DNA of 64,000 bases from Deferribacterales bacterium (GTDB taxonomy: Bacteria; Chrysiogenota; Deferribacteres; Deferribacterales; Geovibrionaceae): contig JBFWMA010000007.1 in the NCBI GenBank assembly GCA_050251875.1, positions 105,431 to 169,430 of the forward strand, given 5' to 3'. Within the stretch, counting starts at the first letter, position 1. Each line of letters starts with the position of its first letter. A program made the position numbers and the translations under genes. The notes below the pieces were generated by a model. The model saw nothing but the letters and a program-made list of their open reading frames with translations. It was not told the DNA's origin and made no database searches. Below are positions 50,232 through 60,494 of this stretch, piece after piece.

Positions 50232-52313
50232 ATGTCAACAGACATACACCAGCAGACTTTTATAAACGAGGCGACAGAACTTCTCAACGAGCTTGAGCAG
50301 TCTCTCCTTGAGCTGGAAGACTGCCCGGATGACAGTGAGCTGATAGCGAGGGTTTTCAGAGCCATGCACACGATAAAGGGATCGGGGGCGATGTTCGGTT
50401 TCGAGCATATAGCGTCTCTGGTGCACGGGATAGAGACAGCCTATGACATGGTGCGCAACGGAGAAGCATCCGTGTCCAAACAGATGCTGGACTATTCTCT
50501 GAAATCCTGCGACATAATCAGGGAAATGCTTGCCGATCAGGCGATTAAGGCGGACTCGCCTCTGGCGCATGAAATCATAGATTTTTTCGGCAAAATCTCA
50601 AAAACGGACAAACCGGAAAATAAAGAGATCAAAAAACCGGCTGAACATGATTCTGACAGAACGGCAGATCATGATCTGAAAACCTACAGAATAACTTTCA
50701 AACCGAACAGAAACATCCTGCTTCAGGGGTGCAACCCCATGCTGCTGATCCGAGAGCTCAAAGAGATGGGACAGTCGTCCGTGGTTATCTACTCGCACGA
50801 AATACCCGAGCTCCACGAACTGGATCCGGAGCAGTGCTATCTGGCGTGGGACATAATCCTGACAACGGATAAAACGGAAGACGAAATAAAAGATGTCTTC
50901 ATCTTCGTGATGGATGACTGCGAGCTTTCCGTGACAGAGGTGGACGATCTGTCCGTGGACGAAAGGAACGAAAAGAAGATCGGCGAGATACTTCTTGAAA
51001 AAGGATGCCTCAGCAGCAGTCAGCTCAATGATGTTTTAAAAGAGAAAAAGCTTCTCGGCGAACTGATGGTCGAAAAAGGCATGGTAACCACAGAAGCTCT
51101 GGATTCCGCCCTTCAGGAACAGGCGCACATAAAGAATGTCCGCTCCCAGAAAAACACTGCGGCGGAAGCATCTTCATCCATAAGAGTTCCTTCCGAAAGG
51201 CTGGACGCTCTGGTGGATCTGGTGGGCGAGCTGGTTACGGTGCAGGCCAGACTGAGCCAGGTAGCCGGACAGAGAAACGATCCGGAAATGCTGAAAGTAG
51301 CGGAAGAAGTCGAAAGGCTCGTCTGGGAGCTCAGAGACAACGCGATGAACATCAGAATGCTGGAGATCGGGTCTACATTCAGCCGTTTCAAAAGGCTGGT
51401 GCGGGATCTTTCGCAGGAGCTGGGAAAAGAGATAGAGCTGGTTACTTTCGGCGGTGAAACGGAAATAGACAAAACCGTAATAGAAAAACTGGGCGATCCT
51501 CTGGTTCACCTCATCCGAAACAGCATCGACCACGGCATAGAAACCCCGCAGGAAAGAGAAGCGGCAGGAAAACCGCCGAAAGGACACATCACCCTTCAGG
51601 CGAGCCATGCCGGCGACAGTGTTCTGATAGAAATCATCGATGACGGGCGGGGAATCAACAAACAGGCGGTATTGAGCAAAGCAAGGGCGAAAGGGCTCAT
51701 ATCCGACTCGTATGAACCATCCGAAAAAGAGATTTTTGAAATGATCTTCGCCTCCGGATTCTCCACGGCAAACACAGTATCGAGCGTCTCCGGAAGAGGC
51801 GTTGGAATGGATGTCGTGCGGAAAAACATAGAGGCGCTGAGAGGGACAATAGACATCAACAGCGCCCAGGGAGTCGGCACATCCATTTCGCTCAAACTGC
51901 CGCTCACTCTCGCCATCATAGACGGTCTGCTGGTAACCATAGCCGACCAGTTCTTTATCCTTCCGCTTTCGATAGTCAACGAATGTATCGAGTTCCGCCA
52001 GTCTGAGCACGAAAGCAGATCAGGCAGGCGCATTATCATGGTGCGCAACGAGCTCGTGCCTTTTGTTCCCTTAAGACACTTTTTCAATATGCCGGGAGAA
52101 ACGCCCGAAATCCAGCAGATAGTCATTATCAGCGTGGACGGCAAACGTATCGGCTTTGTGGTGGACAGTGTCGTGGGCGACCACCAGACGGTTATCAAAT
52201 CTCTGGGCAAGGCGTTCAAAGAGATAGACTGCATATCCGGAGCGTCTGTTCTGGGCGATGGGTCTGTCGCTCTGATCATAGATATTATGAAAATTTACAA
52301 TGATATAGATTAA
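50232..52313 (+). CDS. cheA: CheA histidine kinase
   Basis: FRAMHTIKG (Hpt), HLIRNSIDHG, DDGRG, GFST, GRGVGMDVV and CheW-like P5 domain. Confidence 0.97.
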   Translation: MSTDIHQQTFINEATELLNELEQSLLELEDCPDDSELIARVFRAMHTIKGSGAMFGFEHIASLVHGIETAYDMVRNGEASVSKQMLDYSLKSCDIIREMLADQAIKADSPLAHEIIDFFGKISKTDKPENKEIKKPAEHDSDRTADHDLKTYRITFKPNRNILLQGCNPMLLIRELKEMGQSSVVIYSHEIPELHELDPEQCYLAWDIILTTDKTEDEIKDVFIFVMDDCELSVTEVDDLSVDERNEKKIGEILLEKGCLSSSQLNDVLKEKKLLGELMVEKGMVTTEALDSALQEQAHIKNVRSQKNTAAEASSSIRVPSERLDALVDLVGELVTVQARLSQVAGQRNDPEMLKVAEEVERLVWELRDNAMNIRMLEIGSTFSRFKRLVRDLSQELGKEIELVTFGGETEIDKTVIEKLGDPLVHLIRNSIDHGIETPQEREAAGKPPKGHITLQASHAGDSVLIEIIDDGRGINKQAVLSKARAKGLISDSYEPSEKEIFEMIFASGFSTANTVSSVSGRGVGMDVVRKNIEALRGTIDINSAQGVGTSISLKLPLTLAIIDGLLVTIADQFFILPLSIVNECIEFRQSEHESRSGRRIIMVRNELVPFVPLRHFFNMPGETPEIQQIVIISVDGKRIGFVVDSVVGDHQTVIKSLGKAFKEIDCISGASVLGDGSVALIIDIMKIYNDID

Positions 52314-52325
52314 TAAGGAGGTTTT

Positions 52326-54230
52326 ATGTTTAAAAATCTTAAAATCGGGGCAAAACTTCTGATCGGTTTCGGACTTGTAATAGGTCTTACTCTGGTAGTC
52401 GGTATAGTTGCCTACAACGGTATGAATGTTGTTCTGAAAGGAGCCAAATATTCCGATGCTCTCTCTACTATGACACTTCAGTTCAAAGACGCCAGATTTT
52501 CTGAAGCGAAATTCATAGCCAAAAGCAAACAGGAATATGCCGAAGAGGTCGATACCGCTATGGCGGAATTCGAGAAAACTGTTGAAACAACAAAAGTTTT
52601 CGCCACCGACCAACAGGACGCCACACTGGAGACGATAGTAAAATCCGCTGACGATTTTTACAGCTGTTTCCAGCAGTACAAATCTCTGAATGATGAAAAA
52701 CTGAAAATATATGGGGTTCTGGGTGTGGACGGCGGCACTCTGAACCAGAAATTCAATCAGGCAAACGTCAGCGCAGACGTCATGGGCAGTTTCATGACTA
52801 TCCGTATGGTAATGAGAGACATTTTCTATGACAATCAGGTGGAGAAATTCGGTGACGTTTACAGAGCTTTTGATATCGTAAAAGCCGCTGTGGTACACAT
52901 GCCCGATATCGCATCCCTCTTTGAAACATACGGGCAGAACATCACGGTAATTGAAAAGACAATCAACTCCCAGCTCGAGCTTGAAAAGAAAATGATCGAA
53001 GCCGCTGTGGAGGCGCAGAAGGTCACAGACGCTGAAAACGCCGCCAGCACAAGTGCCATGCTCGCCGCATTCAAATCAGTCATTACGCTTATGATAGCGA
53101 TAATAGCGGTCGCTGTTGTGATAGGCATCATCGCCGCTGTAGTCATAACAAAAGGGATAACAGGACCCGTATCCAAAGGTGTTGAATTCGCCAAAGAACT
53201 CGCTAACGGAAATCTGGACGCTTCGCTGGATATAAACCAGAAAGACGAAGTGGGACAGCTTGCCTCAGCTCTTAAAAATATGGTTGAAAAGCTGAAAAGC
53301 ATCATTACCGATGTGCGTACATCATCAGACAACGTTGCCATAGGATCAAGAGAGCTTTCCAGCGCGGCTCAGGATATGTCTCAGGGCGCCACAGAACAGG
53401 CAGCCAGCGCAGAGGAAGCCTCAGCCTCTATGGAAGAGATGGCGTCAAACATCAACCAGAACGCCGACAACGCCCTTCAGACAGAGAAAATAGCGCTGAA
53501 AGCGGCTGGAGACGCAAAAGAAGGCGGAGACGCCGTACAGAAAACAGTAAAAGCGATGAAAGATATCGCTGATAAAATATCCATCATCGAAGAAATCGCC
53601 CGCCAGACAAACCTGCTCGCTCTGAACGCGGCTATAGAAGCGGCAAGAGCCGGCGAACACGGAAAAGGCTTCGCAGTTGTGGCGTCAGAAGTGCGCAAGC
53701 TCGCCGAACGCAGTCAGGAAGCCGCCAAAGAGATCAGCGACCTGTCGTCCAGCAGTGTGGACATAGCGGAGAAAGCGGGTCAGCTTCTCAATCAGATACT
53801 CCCTGATATTCAGAAAACCGCTGAACTGGTTCAGGAAATCACAGCAGGAAGCAGCGAGATGAGAATCGGAGGCGAACAGATCAACGCCGCCATTCAGCAG
53901 CTCGACCAGGTTATCCAGCGCAACGCTGGCGCCTCAGAAGAGATGGCTGCCACATCAGAAGAGCTGTCCAGCCAGTCTGAGGCTCTTCAGCAGGCTATAT
54001 CGTTCTTCAAAATGAAGACAAACGGCTCTTCCGTAAACAAATACGCATCCCAGGCGAAGAAAACAGCCAAAAAAGCGCCGGAGCCTGTGAAACATTTTGA
54101 AAAACCTGTTTTCCCTCATCATCTTAACCCGCAGCAGAAACCTGCGCCTAAGAAAGACAGCGAGGGGATTGATCTGGATCTCGTTGATGGAAAAAGTGAG
54201 CACAAAGATTCAGATTTTGAAAGTTTTTAA
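52326..54230 (+). CDS. Methyl-accepting chemotaxis protein with C-terminal pentapeptide
   Basis: Two TMs, HAMP (DEVGQL), signalling tip and DFESF tail. Confidence 0.95.
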   Translation: MFKNLKIGAKLLIGFGLVIGLTLVVGIVAYNGMNVVLKGAKYSDALSTMTLQFKDARFSEAKFIAKSKQEYAEEVDTAMAEFEKTVETTKVFATDQQDATLETIVKSADDFYSCFQQYKSLNDEKLKIYGVLGVDGGTLNQKFNQANVSADVMGSFMTIRMVMRDIFYDNQVEKFGDVYRAFDIVKAAVVHMPDIASLFETYGQNITVIEKTINSQLELEKKMIEAAVEAQKVTDAENAASTSAMLAAFKSVITLMIAIIAVAVVIGIIAAVVITKGITGPVSKGVEFAKELANGNLDASLDINQKDEVGQLASALKNMVEKLKSIITDVRTSSDNVAIGSRELSSAAQDMSQGATEQAASAEEASASMEEMASNINQNADNALQTEKIALKAAGDAKEGGDAVQKTVKAMKDIADKISIIEEIARQTNLLALNAAIEAARAGEHGKGFAVVASEVRKLAERSQEAAKEISDLSSSSVDIAEKAGQLLNQILPDIQKTAELVQEITAGSSEMRIGGEQINAAIQQLDQVIQRNAGASEEMAATSEELSSQSEALQQAISFFKMKTNGSSVNKYASQAKKTAKKAPEPVKHFEKPVFPHHLNPQQKPAPKKDSEGIDLDLVDGKSEHKDSDFESF

Positions 54231-54241
54231 GGCGGTACCCT

Positions 54242-54760
54242 ATGGAAGATAAAACAATAGGAAAAGGAACCGACAGCAGTCAGGTACTGACTTTCAAGCT
54301 GGCCGATGAGGTCTATGGCGTGGATATTATGTCAGTCAGAGAGGTGCTGGATTTCTCCAGCGTGACGAAAGTCCCACATACGCCTGACTTCATGGTCGGA
54401 GTGATAAATCTAAGGGGCAATGTCGTTCCGGTTGTGGATCTTAAAAAGAAATTCCGGCTGGGAGACACTGTCAGAACCGTAAACACTTGCATCATCATCG
54501 TGGAGGTGGAAGTGGACGGTGATTCCACTGTTCTTGGAGCGCTTGCGGACTCTGTTCAGGAAGTTGTTGAATTTGAGCACGATACCATAGAAGAGGCGCC
54601 TAAAATAGGCACTCAGCTGAACACCGCCTTTATTGCGGGCATGGCAAAGAAAGACACCGGATTTGTCATCATCCTCAATGTAAACGCGGTATTTTCCATG
54701 AACGAGATAGGTTCATATACAGCCACTGCGGCCCTAACAGAAGTGACGGCGGGAGAATAA
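54242..54760 (+). CDS. cheW: CheW
   Basis: LTFKL..E.YG, VREV and GVINLRG.VVPVVDL. Confidence 0.95.
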   Translation: MEDKTIGKGTDSSQVLTFKLADEVYGVDIMSVREVLDFSSVTKVPHTPDFMVGVINLRGNVVPVVDLKKKFRLGDTVRTVNTCIIIVEVEVDGDSTVLGALADSVQEVVEFEHDTIEEAPKIGTQLNTAFIAGMAKKDTGFVIILNVNAVFSMNEIGSYTATAALTEVTAGE

Positions 54761-54763
54761 CAG

Positions 54764-55630
54764 TTGATGAATGACGATTTTTCTGAAGAAAATAACGTTT
54801 ATTTTCAGAAACTGACATCCGCCGAGTATGAACAGATTCAAACTTTCATACAGAACAATTGCGGGATAAAGCTCCCTTCCACCAAAAAAAATATGGTGGA
54901 GGGGAGACTCCGCAAGCGCCTCAGATATTTAGGAATCGGATCATACTCTGAATACATTTCCATGGTGTTTAACGACACAGGCGGTATGGCAGACAGGGAG
55001 ATATTCAACCTGATCGATGTCATAACGACAAATAAAACGGATTTTTTCAGAGAACCGAAACACTTCAACTATCTGAGCGATTCTCTTCTGCCGGCTTTTG
55101 CTGCTGACGGAGCGGGAACCAAGCGGTGTCTGAACGTCTGGAGCTCCGCCTGCTCCACCGGAGAAGAGCCGTATACCATCGCCATGGTGCTGGCTGAGCA
55201 TTTTGGAATTGACGGCAATTTCAGGGTCTATGCCAGCGACATAAGCTATTCTGTCCTGAGAAAGGCGGTGGACGCTGTATATACCGAAGAAAAAGCGGCG
55301 GAAATACCGCTCACGCTTAAAAAGAAATATCTCATGAGGTCTAAGAAACAGCACGGACTGGTGCGTTTCCGCCGGGAGATAAGGGAAAAGGTAACATTTG
55401 GCAGGCTGAATCTGATGAACAGCGAATACAGCCTTCCGGCGGTGATGGATGTGACATTCTGCCGCAACGTCATCATATATTTTGATACCGCGACACAAGA
55501 GAAAATTATTAATAAAATATGCAGAAACACCGCCAGCGGAGGTTTTCTGTTTCTGGGACACTCAGAATCCGTCCACGGGATGGATCTGCCGCTGGATGTT
55601 ATGGCACCCACGATCTTCAAAAGGAAATGA
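54764..55630 (+). CDS. cheR: CheR methyltransferase
   Basis: TTNKTDFFRE, WSSACSTGEEPY, FCRNVIIYF and GHSES. Confidence 0.95.
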   Translation: MMNDDFSEENNVYFQKLTSAEYEQIQTFIQNNCGIKLPSTKKNMVEGRLRKRLRYLGIGSYSEYISMVFNDTGGMADREIFNLIDVITTNKTDFFREPKHFNYLSDSLLPAFAADGAGTKRCLNVWSSACSTGEEPYTIAMVLAEHFGIDGNFRVYASDISYSVLRKAVDAVYTEEKAAEIPLTLKKKYLMRSKKQHGLVRFRREIREKVTFGRLNLMNSEYSLPAVMDVTFCRNVIIYFDTATQEKIINKICRNTASGGFLFLGHSESVHGMDLPLDVMAPTIFKRK

Positions 55631-56115
55631 AAAGAATGCTTGAATACGGAAACTATTATCTGAAACCGGGTGAGATTATCTATTCTGACGAACCGCTCAT
55701 CGTGCATACGGTTCTGGGATCGTGCGTGAGCGTGACCATGTATGTAAAAAGGCTGAAGATCGGCGCTATAAGCCACTGTATGCTCCCGCTCTCCTCAGAC
55801 ATACACAGAGGAGAAGACGCCATGAAATATGTTGACTGCGCCCTGCTCTTCATGAGCAAAAAACTTCAGTCCGCCGGAGCGAAAACCACTGAAACAGAGG
55901 TGAAACTTTTCGGCGGCAGCAGTCTGTTCACAGCATCGGACAATGAACGGGGCGTAGGTGCGAAAAATGTTGAATCGGCGTCTCAGCTTTTAAAGAAAAT
56001 GGGATACAGCATCATATCCAGCGATACGGGAGGAAGGATAACCCGCAACCTCTATTTCTCGCTGGACTCAGGCACCGTATATCTCCGCAAAATCAACAGA
56101 ACCTCTGTCGCATAG
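55627..56115 (+). CDS. cheD: CheD receptor deamidase
   Basis: TVLGSCVSV, HCMLP, KLFGG, G.KN and DTGG...R; ATGA overlap with cheR. Confidence 0.92.
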   Translation: MKRMLEYGNYYLKPGEIIYSDEPLIVHTVLGSCVSVTMYVKRLKIGAISHCMLPLSSDIHRGEDAMKYVDCALLFMSKKLQSAGAKTTETEVKLFGGSSLFTASDNERGVGAKNVESASQLLKKMGYSIISSDTGGRITRNLYFSLDSGTVYLRKINRTSVA

Positions 56116-56197
56116 AGGTTTTCACCTTATCATGTTTTTTCCGTCCGTCTCAAATAACCGTACGCTGATTTTTTTCTGACATATCTGATTTTCAGTA

Positions 56198-56225
56198 TTG
56201 ACATAGTTTGGGAATATGATATATT
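56198..56225 (+). promoter_or_regulatory. sigma70 promoter of the second tRNA-Gly
   Basis: TTGACA (56198-56203) and extended -10 TGnTATATT (56217-56225). Confidence 0.65.
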
Positions 56226-56251
56226 TTCCATCCACCTCAGATGAGGTGAAC

Positions 56252-56324
56252 GCGGGTATAGCTCAGTTGGTAGAGCGCGACCTTGCCAAGGTTGAGGTCA
56301 CCGGTTCGAGTCCGGCTACCCGCT
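56252..56324 (+). tRNA. tRNA-Gly (GCC), second copy
   Basis: Identical to 28793-28865. Confidence 0.97.
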
Positions 56325-56335
56325 TTTTTTAAAAG

Positions 56336-56363
56336 AGCCTGTCAGTCAATGACGGGCTTTTTT
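56336..56363. terminator. Terminator between tRNA-Gly and xerC
   Basis: AGCCTGTCA/TGACGGGCT stem with T-run. Confidence 0.7.
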
Positions 56364-57264
56364 ATTTTTTGGCTTTGGGGTGTGTCTGGTCGTATACCTT
56401 CAGCAGTTCCGCCAGATTAAGATGTGTGTATTTCTGTGTGGTGGACAGAGACTCATGCCCCAGAAGAGTCTGAATGGTACGCAGATCGGCTCCGCCTTCC
56501 AGCAGATGCGTTGCGTATGTATGTCTGAACGAGTGCGGTGAAAAATCCAGAGGCAGACCCGCCATCGTGAGATATTTCTCCACTATCCTTCTAACAGACC
56601 TGTCGGTCAGTCTAGTCCCCAGCTTGTTTATCAGAAGCGCTTCGCCGTCTTTCAGCCCTGTGGAGGCTATTTCCTGCGCCACAGCCAGATATTCCCTTAT
56701 CATGGATATGTGCATATCCGCCAGGGGCACAATGCGCTCTTTCTTCCCTTTTCCCCTCACCCTTATCCTCATACCGCCGAAATCGATATCGGAGATATTC
56801 AGCCCCACCAGCTCGCTGACACGCATCCCCGTGCCGTACATCAGCTCCAGTATCAGAGCGTCTCTCATGCCGGATGGTTCGGATTTATCCGGAGTATCCA
56901 GCAGACCTATGATGCTGTCTATCCCGAATACCTTGAACGCCTTCTGCTCTTTCTTAGGAAATTTCAGCATGCGGGCGGGGTTGTCCTCCGACCTGTTCTT
57001 TTTCTGGAGATAGTTGAAGAAAGACTTGATACAGGCTATCTTGCGCTCCACTGTGGACTTGGACATTCCCTTGTCATACAGCATGGCGACAAACCCTCTC
57101 AGGGTGAAAAAATCCACATCGTCTATGTCCGATACCGCTGATTCCTCCAGATAGGAGCAGAGATCGGCAAGGTCTTTGGAATAGTTTATCAGTGTATGTT
57201 TTGAAGCGCCCTTCTCATTCAGCATGAAAGAGAGATACTGCGCAGATGCCTCGTCTATGTTCAT
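56362..57264 (-). CDS. xerC: Chromosomal tyrosine recombinase XerC (XerC/D family)
   Basis: S.HT..NY..DL, RDA.ILE.MY.TG.R.SE, GKGKKER.VP, SPHSFRH..ATHLL, LLGH and TTQ.Y. Confidence 0.88.
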   Translation of the reverse strand: MNIDEASAQYLSFMLNEKGASKHTLINYSKDLADLCSYLEESAVSDIDDVDFFTLRGFVAMLYDKGMSKSTVERKIACIKSFFNYLQKKNRSEDNPARMLKFPKKEQKAFKVFGIDSIIGLLDTPDKSEPSGMRDALILELMYGTGMRVSELVGLNISDIDFGGMRIRVRGKGKKERIVPLADMHISMIREYLAVAQEIASTGLKDGEALLINKLGTRLTDRSVRRIVEKYLTMAGLPLDFSPHSFRHTYATHLLEGGADLRTIQTLLGHESLSTTQKYTHLNLAELLKVYDQTHPKAKK

Positions 57265-57300
57265 ATAATCAGAATCGCATAATCGGCGTGATTATCAAGC

Positions 57301-57330
57301 AAAAAAAAGCCCTCTTTTCAGAGGGCTTTT
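57301..57330 (-). terminator. Terminator after the MCP gene
   Basis: AAAAGCCCTC/GAGGGCTTTT stem with A8. Confidence 0.8.
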
Positions 57331-57332
57331 AA

Positions 57333-59615
57333 TTATTTTATGCATTTCGCTTTTTCGAACATTCTTTCCAGAAGGTCTATCAGCACGGTTACATTGTCTC
57401 TCATCAACTCCAGATCCTCCAGCGCCTTGTCGAAGTTTCTGGCGTTGATATGATCCGCTACCAGATGGGACAGCCTGTGCACGTCCGCATGGGGCTTGTC
57501 GATGGCTTTGAAATCAGGATCATTGCCGAAGACAGCCTGAATATCCTTGTCGAAGTACAGCTTGCCGAAATCACAGGCGTGGTGATCTTTGAGCCCGGTG
57601 GGAGCCACTCCGCGCATGTATGCGGCATATACGTTTTTAAGATATTTGATGTGAGCCATTTTGGCTTTTACAAACACGATGGATTTGCATGAAAGCTCAT
57701 ACTGGATAAGGTCTTTTTCAATATTGCTCAGCTCGTCCATCAGCTTGTCTATCTCATCCAGAAGCGATTCAACCTTGTCTCTGGATTCTCTGGAGGAAGA
57801 AGCCACCAGATCGATGTTTCCAGCCACGTCCGCTGTCGCTTTCGCCTGCTGTTCGGAGGCGGATGAGGTATTCAGAAGCAGGGCGTTCAGATCCATCACG
57901 GCGTTCAGAATCTCGTTGAATCTCTCGTTAGCTTTCTCTGTGGATTCCACCTGAGAACCGATATTATCCTCAACGAGTTTAGCGTTCTTGTCCGCTCTGC
58001 TGACGTTCTCCTGAATCACTTTAACCATCTTCTCTATCTCGTTGGTAGAGTCGAGTGTCTTCTCAGCCAGTTTTCTAACCTCGTCAGCGACCACGGCAAA
58101 ACCTCTGCCCGCCTCTCCGGCTCTTGCCGCCTCGATAGCGGCGTTCAGCGCCAGAAGGTTGGTCTGCTCGGAGATATCGTTGATAACCTCCACCACGCTG
58201 CCGATGCTCTTGGCGTTAATGGTGAGCGAGTTGATATCGTCAGAAAGCGATGTAACGATGGTTCTTACATATTCCGCCTTCTCTGTGGCGTCTTTAACTA
58301 TCGCGGAGCCTTCCTGCGCCAGAACAAGGGTATGTTCGCCCTTCTCCGCCACGTCTGCCGTGTTTCTGGAAATCTCCTCAACGGTAACGCTCATCTCTTC
58401 TCCGGCGGCTGCCACAGTGGCGGCGAAGTCAACGTTCGCGTTGGACGCCTTGCGCACATCCAGCAGAGAATAATAGATGGGCATGATGCCTGAGACCAGA
58501 GTCCCAAGCGTATGTATGGTTTTGGACAGGTTGTTGTCCAGAGTGGTCAGGAAGTTGTTCATTTTATGGGATACGGTCTCAAGCTCGTTGCCCTCGCTCT
58601 TCACGGGGAGACGTCTGGAGAGGTCTCCGTTTCCTGTGGAAACAGCGTCTGCTATGCTTCCCATAAGGTTCAGCAGTTTCAGATAATGAGCCAGAACATA
58701 GTAAAGAACGATGGCGAAGATTGTAGCGAGGATAAATCCCACGATAAACTTCTTCAGCGCTCCGGTGAATGCCGAGTGCATTACATCTGTCAGATCCTTA
58801 TAGAAGAGGATGTGTCCCATATCAGCGCCGGAATAGTCATGGAGCACTGATTTGTAGATATAAACTTTATGCCCCTCCAGAGCAACAACGCCATTCGATG
58901 TGTATGCATTGATAAAGTCTTCCGGATGTTCGAGGTTGTTTTTATAATAGAGTACGTTGTCTTTCACAACGTCTCCCTCTTTCTTCTCCATTCCCTCAGA
59001 TTTTTTGATGATCTCTTCTCTGATGCCGATGGCGAACTTAACATCGAAAGAGTTGGTGAGCTGGTCTATCATCTTGGAGATAGAGCCGCCGAACTCCACA
59101 GAGCCCACATGCTGTCCTTCATAAAAAACGGGGAAAACCACACGCATTCCGGGACCGCCCTTGCCTACCTCAAGCCCCACAACGGGTTTCTGGGTGGCGT
59201 TCGCCTGGATAACGGTCTGTCTGAAAGCGGAGAGGTCATCGCCGAATTTCTTTATCTTGTGCAGACGAAGAAAGCTGGTTGCCGGCGGTGTGTGGAACTG
59301 AAACTGGTTGATGGAATCTTTTATAGTGCCGTAATATTTCTCATATTTTTCTGTCAGCCCGGCTCTGTCGCCTTCCGCCAGCATACGGGCGGAATCAGGG
59401 TCATCCGCTATTGTCCGGACAGTCAGAGAGAGGTCTGAGAGCTGTTCCGCTATCCTGTCCTCCATCATAGCAGAGAGGGTGGACATTGATTTGTCAGCGT
59501 TTTTGATAACAGAGTTTTTAATGCTGAAATAGTCATAAGCGGAAAGAATAATAGTAATCAGCAAAATCCCCAAATAAACACCTAATGAAACGTATTGCTT
59601 GATACTTAATTTCAC
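57333..59615 (-). CDS. Chemoreceptor with dCache_3-type sensor and C-terminal CZB zinc-binding domain
   Basis: QFH.P...SFLRLH...FGDDLS.FR; MCP tip; H...DHHACDFG..Y...H..VH CZB ligands. Confidence 0.92.
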   Translation of the reverse strand: MKLSIKQYVSLGVYLGILLITIILSAYDYFSIKNSVIKNADKSMSTLSAMMEDRIAEQLSDLSLTVRTIADDPDSARMLAEGDRAGLTEKYEKYYGTIKDSINQFQFHTPPATSFLRLHKIKKFGDDLSAFRQTVIQANATQKPVVGLEVGKGGPGMRVVFPVFYEGQHVGSVEFGGSISKMIDQLTNSFDVKFAIGIREEIIKKSEGMEKKEGDVVKDNVLYYKNNLEHPEDFINAYTSNGVVALEGHKVYIYKSVLHDYSGADMGHILFYKDLTDVMHSAFTGALKKFIVGFILATIFAIVLYYVLAHYLKLLNLMGSIADAVSTGNGDLSRRLPVKSEGNELETVSHKMNNFLTTLDNNLSKTIHTLGTLVSGIMPIYYSLLDVRKASNANVDFAATVAAAGEEMSVTVEEISRNTADVAEKGEHTLVLAQEGSAIVKDATEKAEYVRTIVTSLSDDINSLTINAKSIGSVVEVINDISEQTNLLALNAAIEAARAGEAGRGFAVVADEVRKLAEKTLDSTNEIEKMVKVIQENVSRADKNAKLVEDNIGSQVESTEKANERFNEILNAVMDLNALLLNTSSASEQQAKATADVAGNIDLVASSSRESRDKVESLLDEIDKLMDELSNIEKDLIQYELSCKSIVFVKAKMAHIKYLKNVYAAYMRGVAPTGLKDHHACDFGKLYFDKDIQAVFGNDPDFKAIDKPHADVHRLSHLVADHINARNFDKALEDLELMRDNVTVLIDLLERMFEKAKCIK

Positions 59616-59717
59616 GTTGCTACCTCGAAAAATGATTTAAAATAAATTGCCATGCACTGTTTTGTCATGTAAGTTAATACTATAATTTATACGGTTAATA
59701 AGGGATTTGCAATTTAA

Positions 59718-60494
59718 ATGATGTCAGAATTTGAAAAACTTGTGAATATCGTAAAGAAGTTAAGAGGCGAAAACGGCTGTCCGTGGGACAGAGAGCAGAA
59801 TTTATACTCTATAAAGAATCTGTTTATTGAAGAAGCATTTGAGCTCGTTGACGCGCTGGATAACGAAGATATTCCCAATATCAGAGAAGAGATCGGCGAT
59901 GTTCTGTTCCATATGGTTTTCCATGCGGCTATGGCGGAAGACGAGGGGTATTTCACCCTGGAAGATGTCCTGCGTGAAATTTCTGAAAAGCTCGTCAGAA
60001 GGCATCCCCATGTTTTCGGAAACACAAATGTCGAAAATACTGACGAGGTTTTAGTTAACTGGGACAAGATCAAGCTGGAAGAGAAAAAACACAAAAGCAA
60101 AGAATTTATATTGGACGATATACCAAACGCATATCCTTCTATGTTAAGAGCTTTTAAAATTCAGGAAAAAGTGAGAAAGGTCGGTTTCGACTGGAATAAC
60201 GCTGACGACTGTATGGAAAAAGTTAACGAAGAATTCAATGAGTTCACAGACGCCGTCCGCTCCGGAACAAAAGAAGAGATGGAGCACGAGCTCGGCGATA
60301 TTTTTTTCGCTCTTATCAACATTTCGAGATTCCTCAAAATAAACCCTGACGAAGCACTCAGAAAAGCCAACGGCAGATTTACAGATAGATTTAATTTCAT
60401 TGAAAAAAGCCTTAAAGCGGAAGGCAGACAATGCAGCGAAGCAAGCCTGGAAGAGATGGAAAAACTTTGGCAGGAAGCGAAAAAGAGTGAATGA
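59718..60494 (+). CDS. mazG: Nucleoside triphosphate pyrophosphohydrolase MazG
   Basis: GCPWDREQ, EEAFE, EEIGD, KLVRRHPHVF, GFDW and ELGD. Confidence 0.96.
   Translation: MMSEFEKLVNIVKKLRGENGCPWDREQNLYSIKNLFIEEAFELVDALDNEDIPNIREEIGDVLFHMVFHAAMAEDEGYFTLEDVLREISEKLVRRHPHVFGNTNVENTDEVLVNWDKIKLEEKKHKSKEFILDDIPNAYPSMLRAFKIQEKVRKVGFDWNNADDCMEKVNEEFNEFTDAVRSGTKEEMEHELGDIFFALINISRFLKINPDEALRKANGRFTDRFNFIEKSLKAEGRQCSEASLEEMEKLWQEAKKSE

Noticed and set aside
56362..57264. Second island integrase next to tRNA-Gly
   Set aside because: Typical XerC size and motifs, host-like composition, no arm domain; both tRNA-Gly copies are full length with their own promoters, not att fragments
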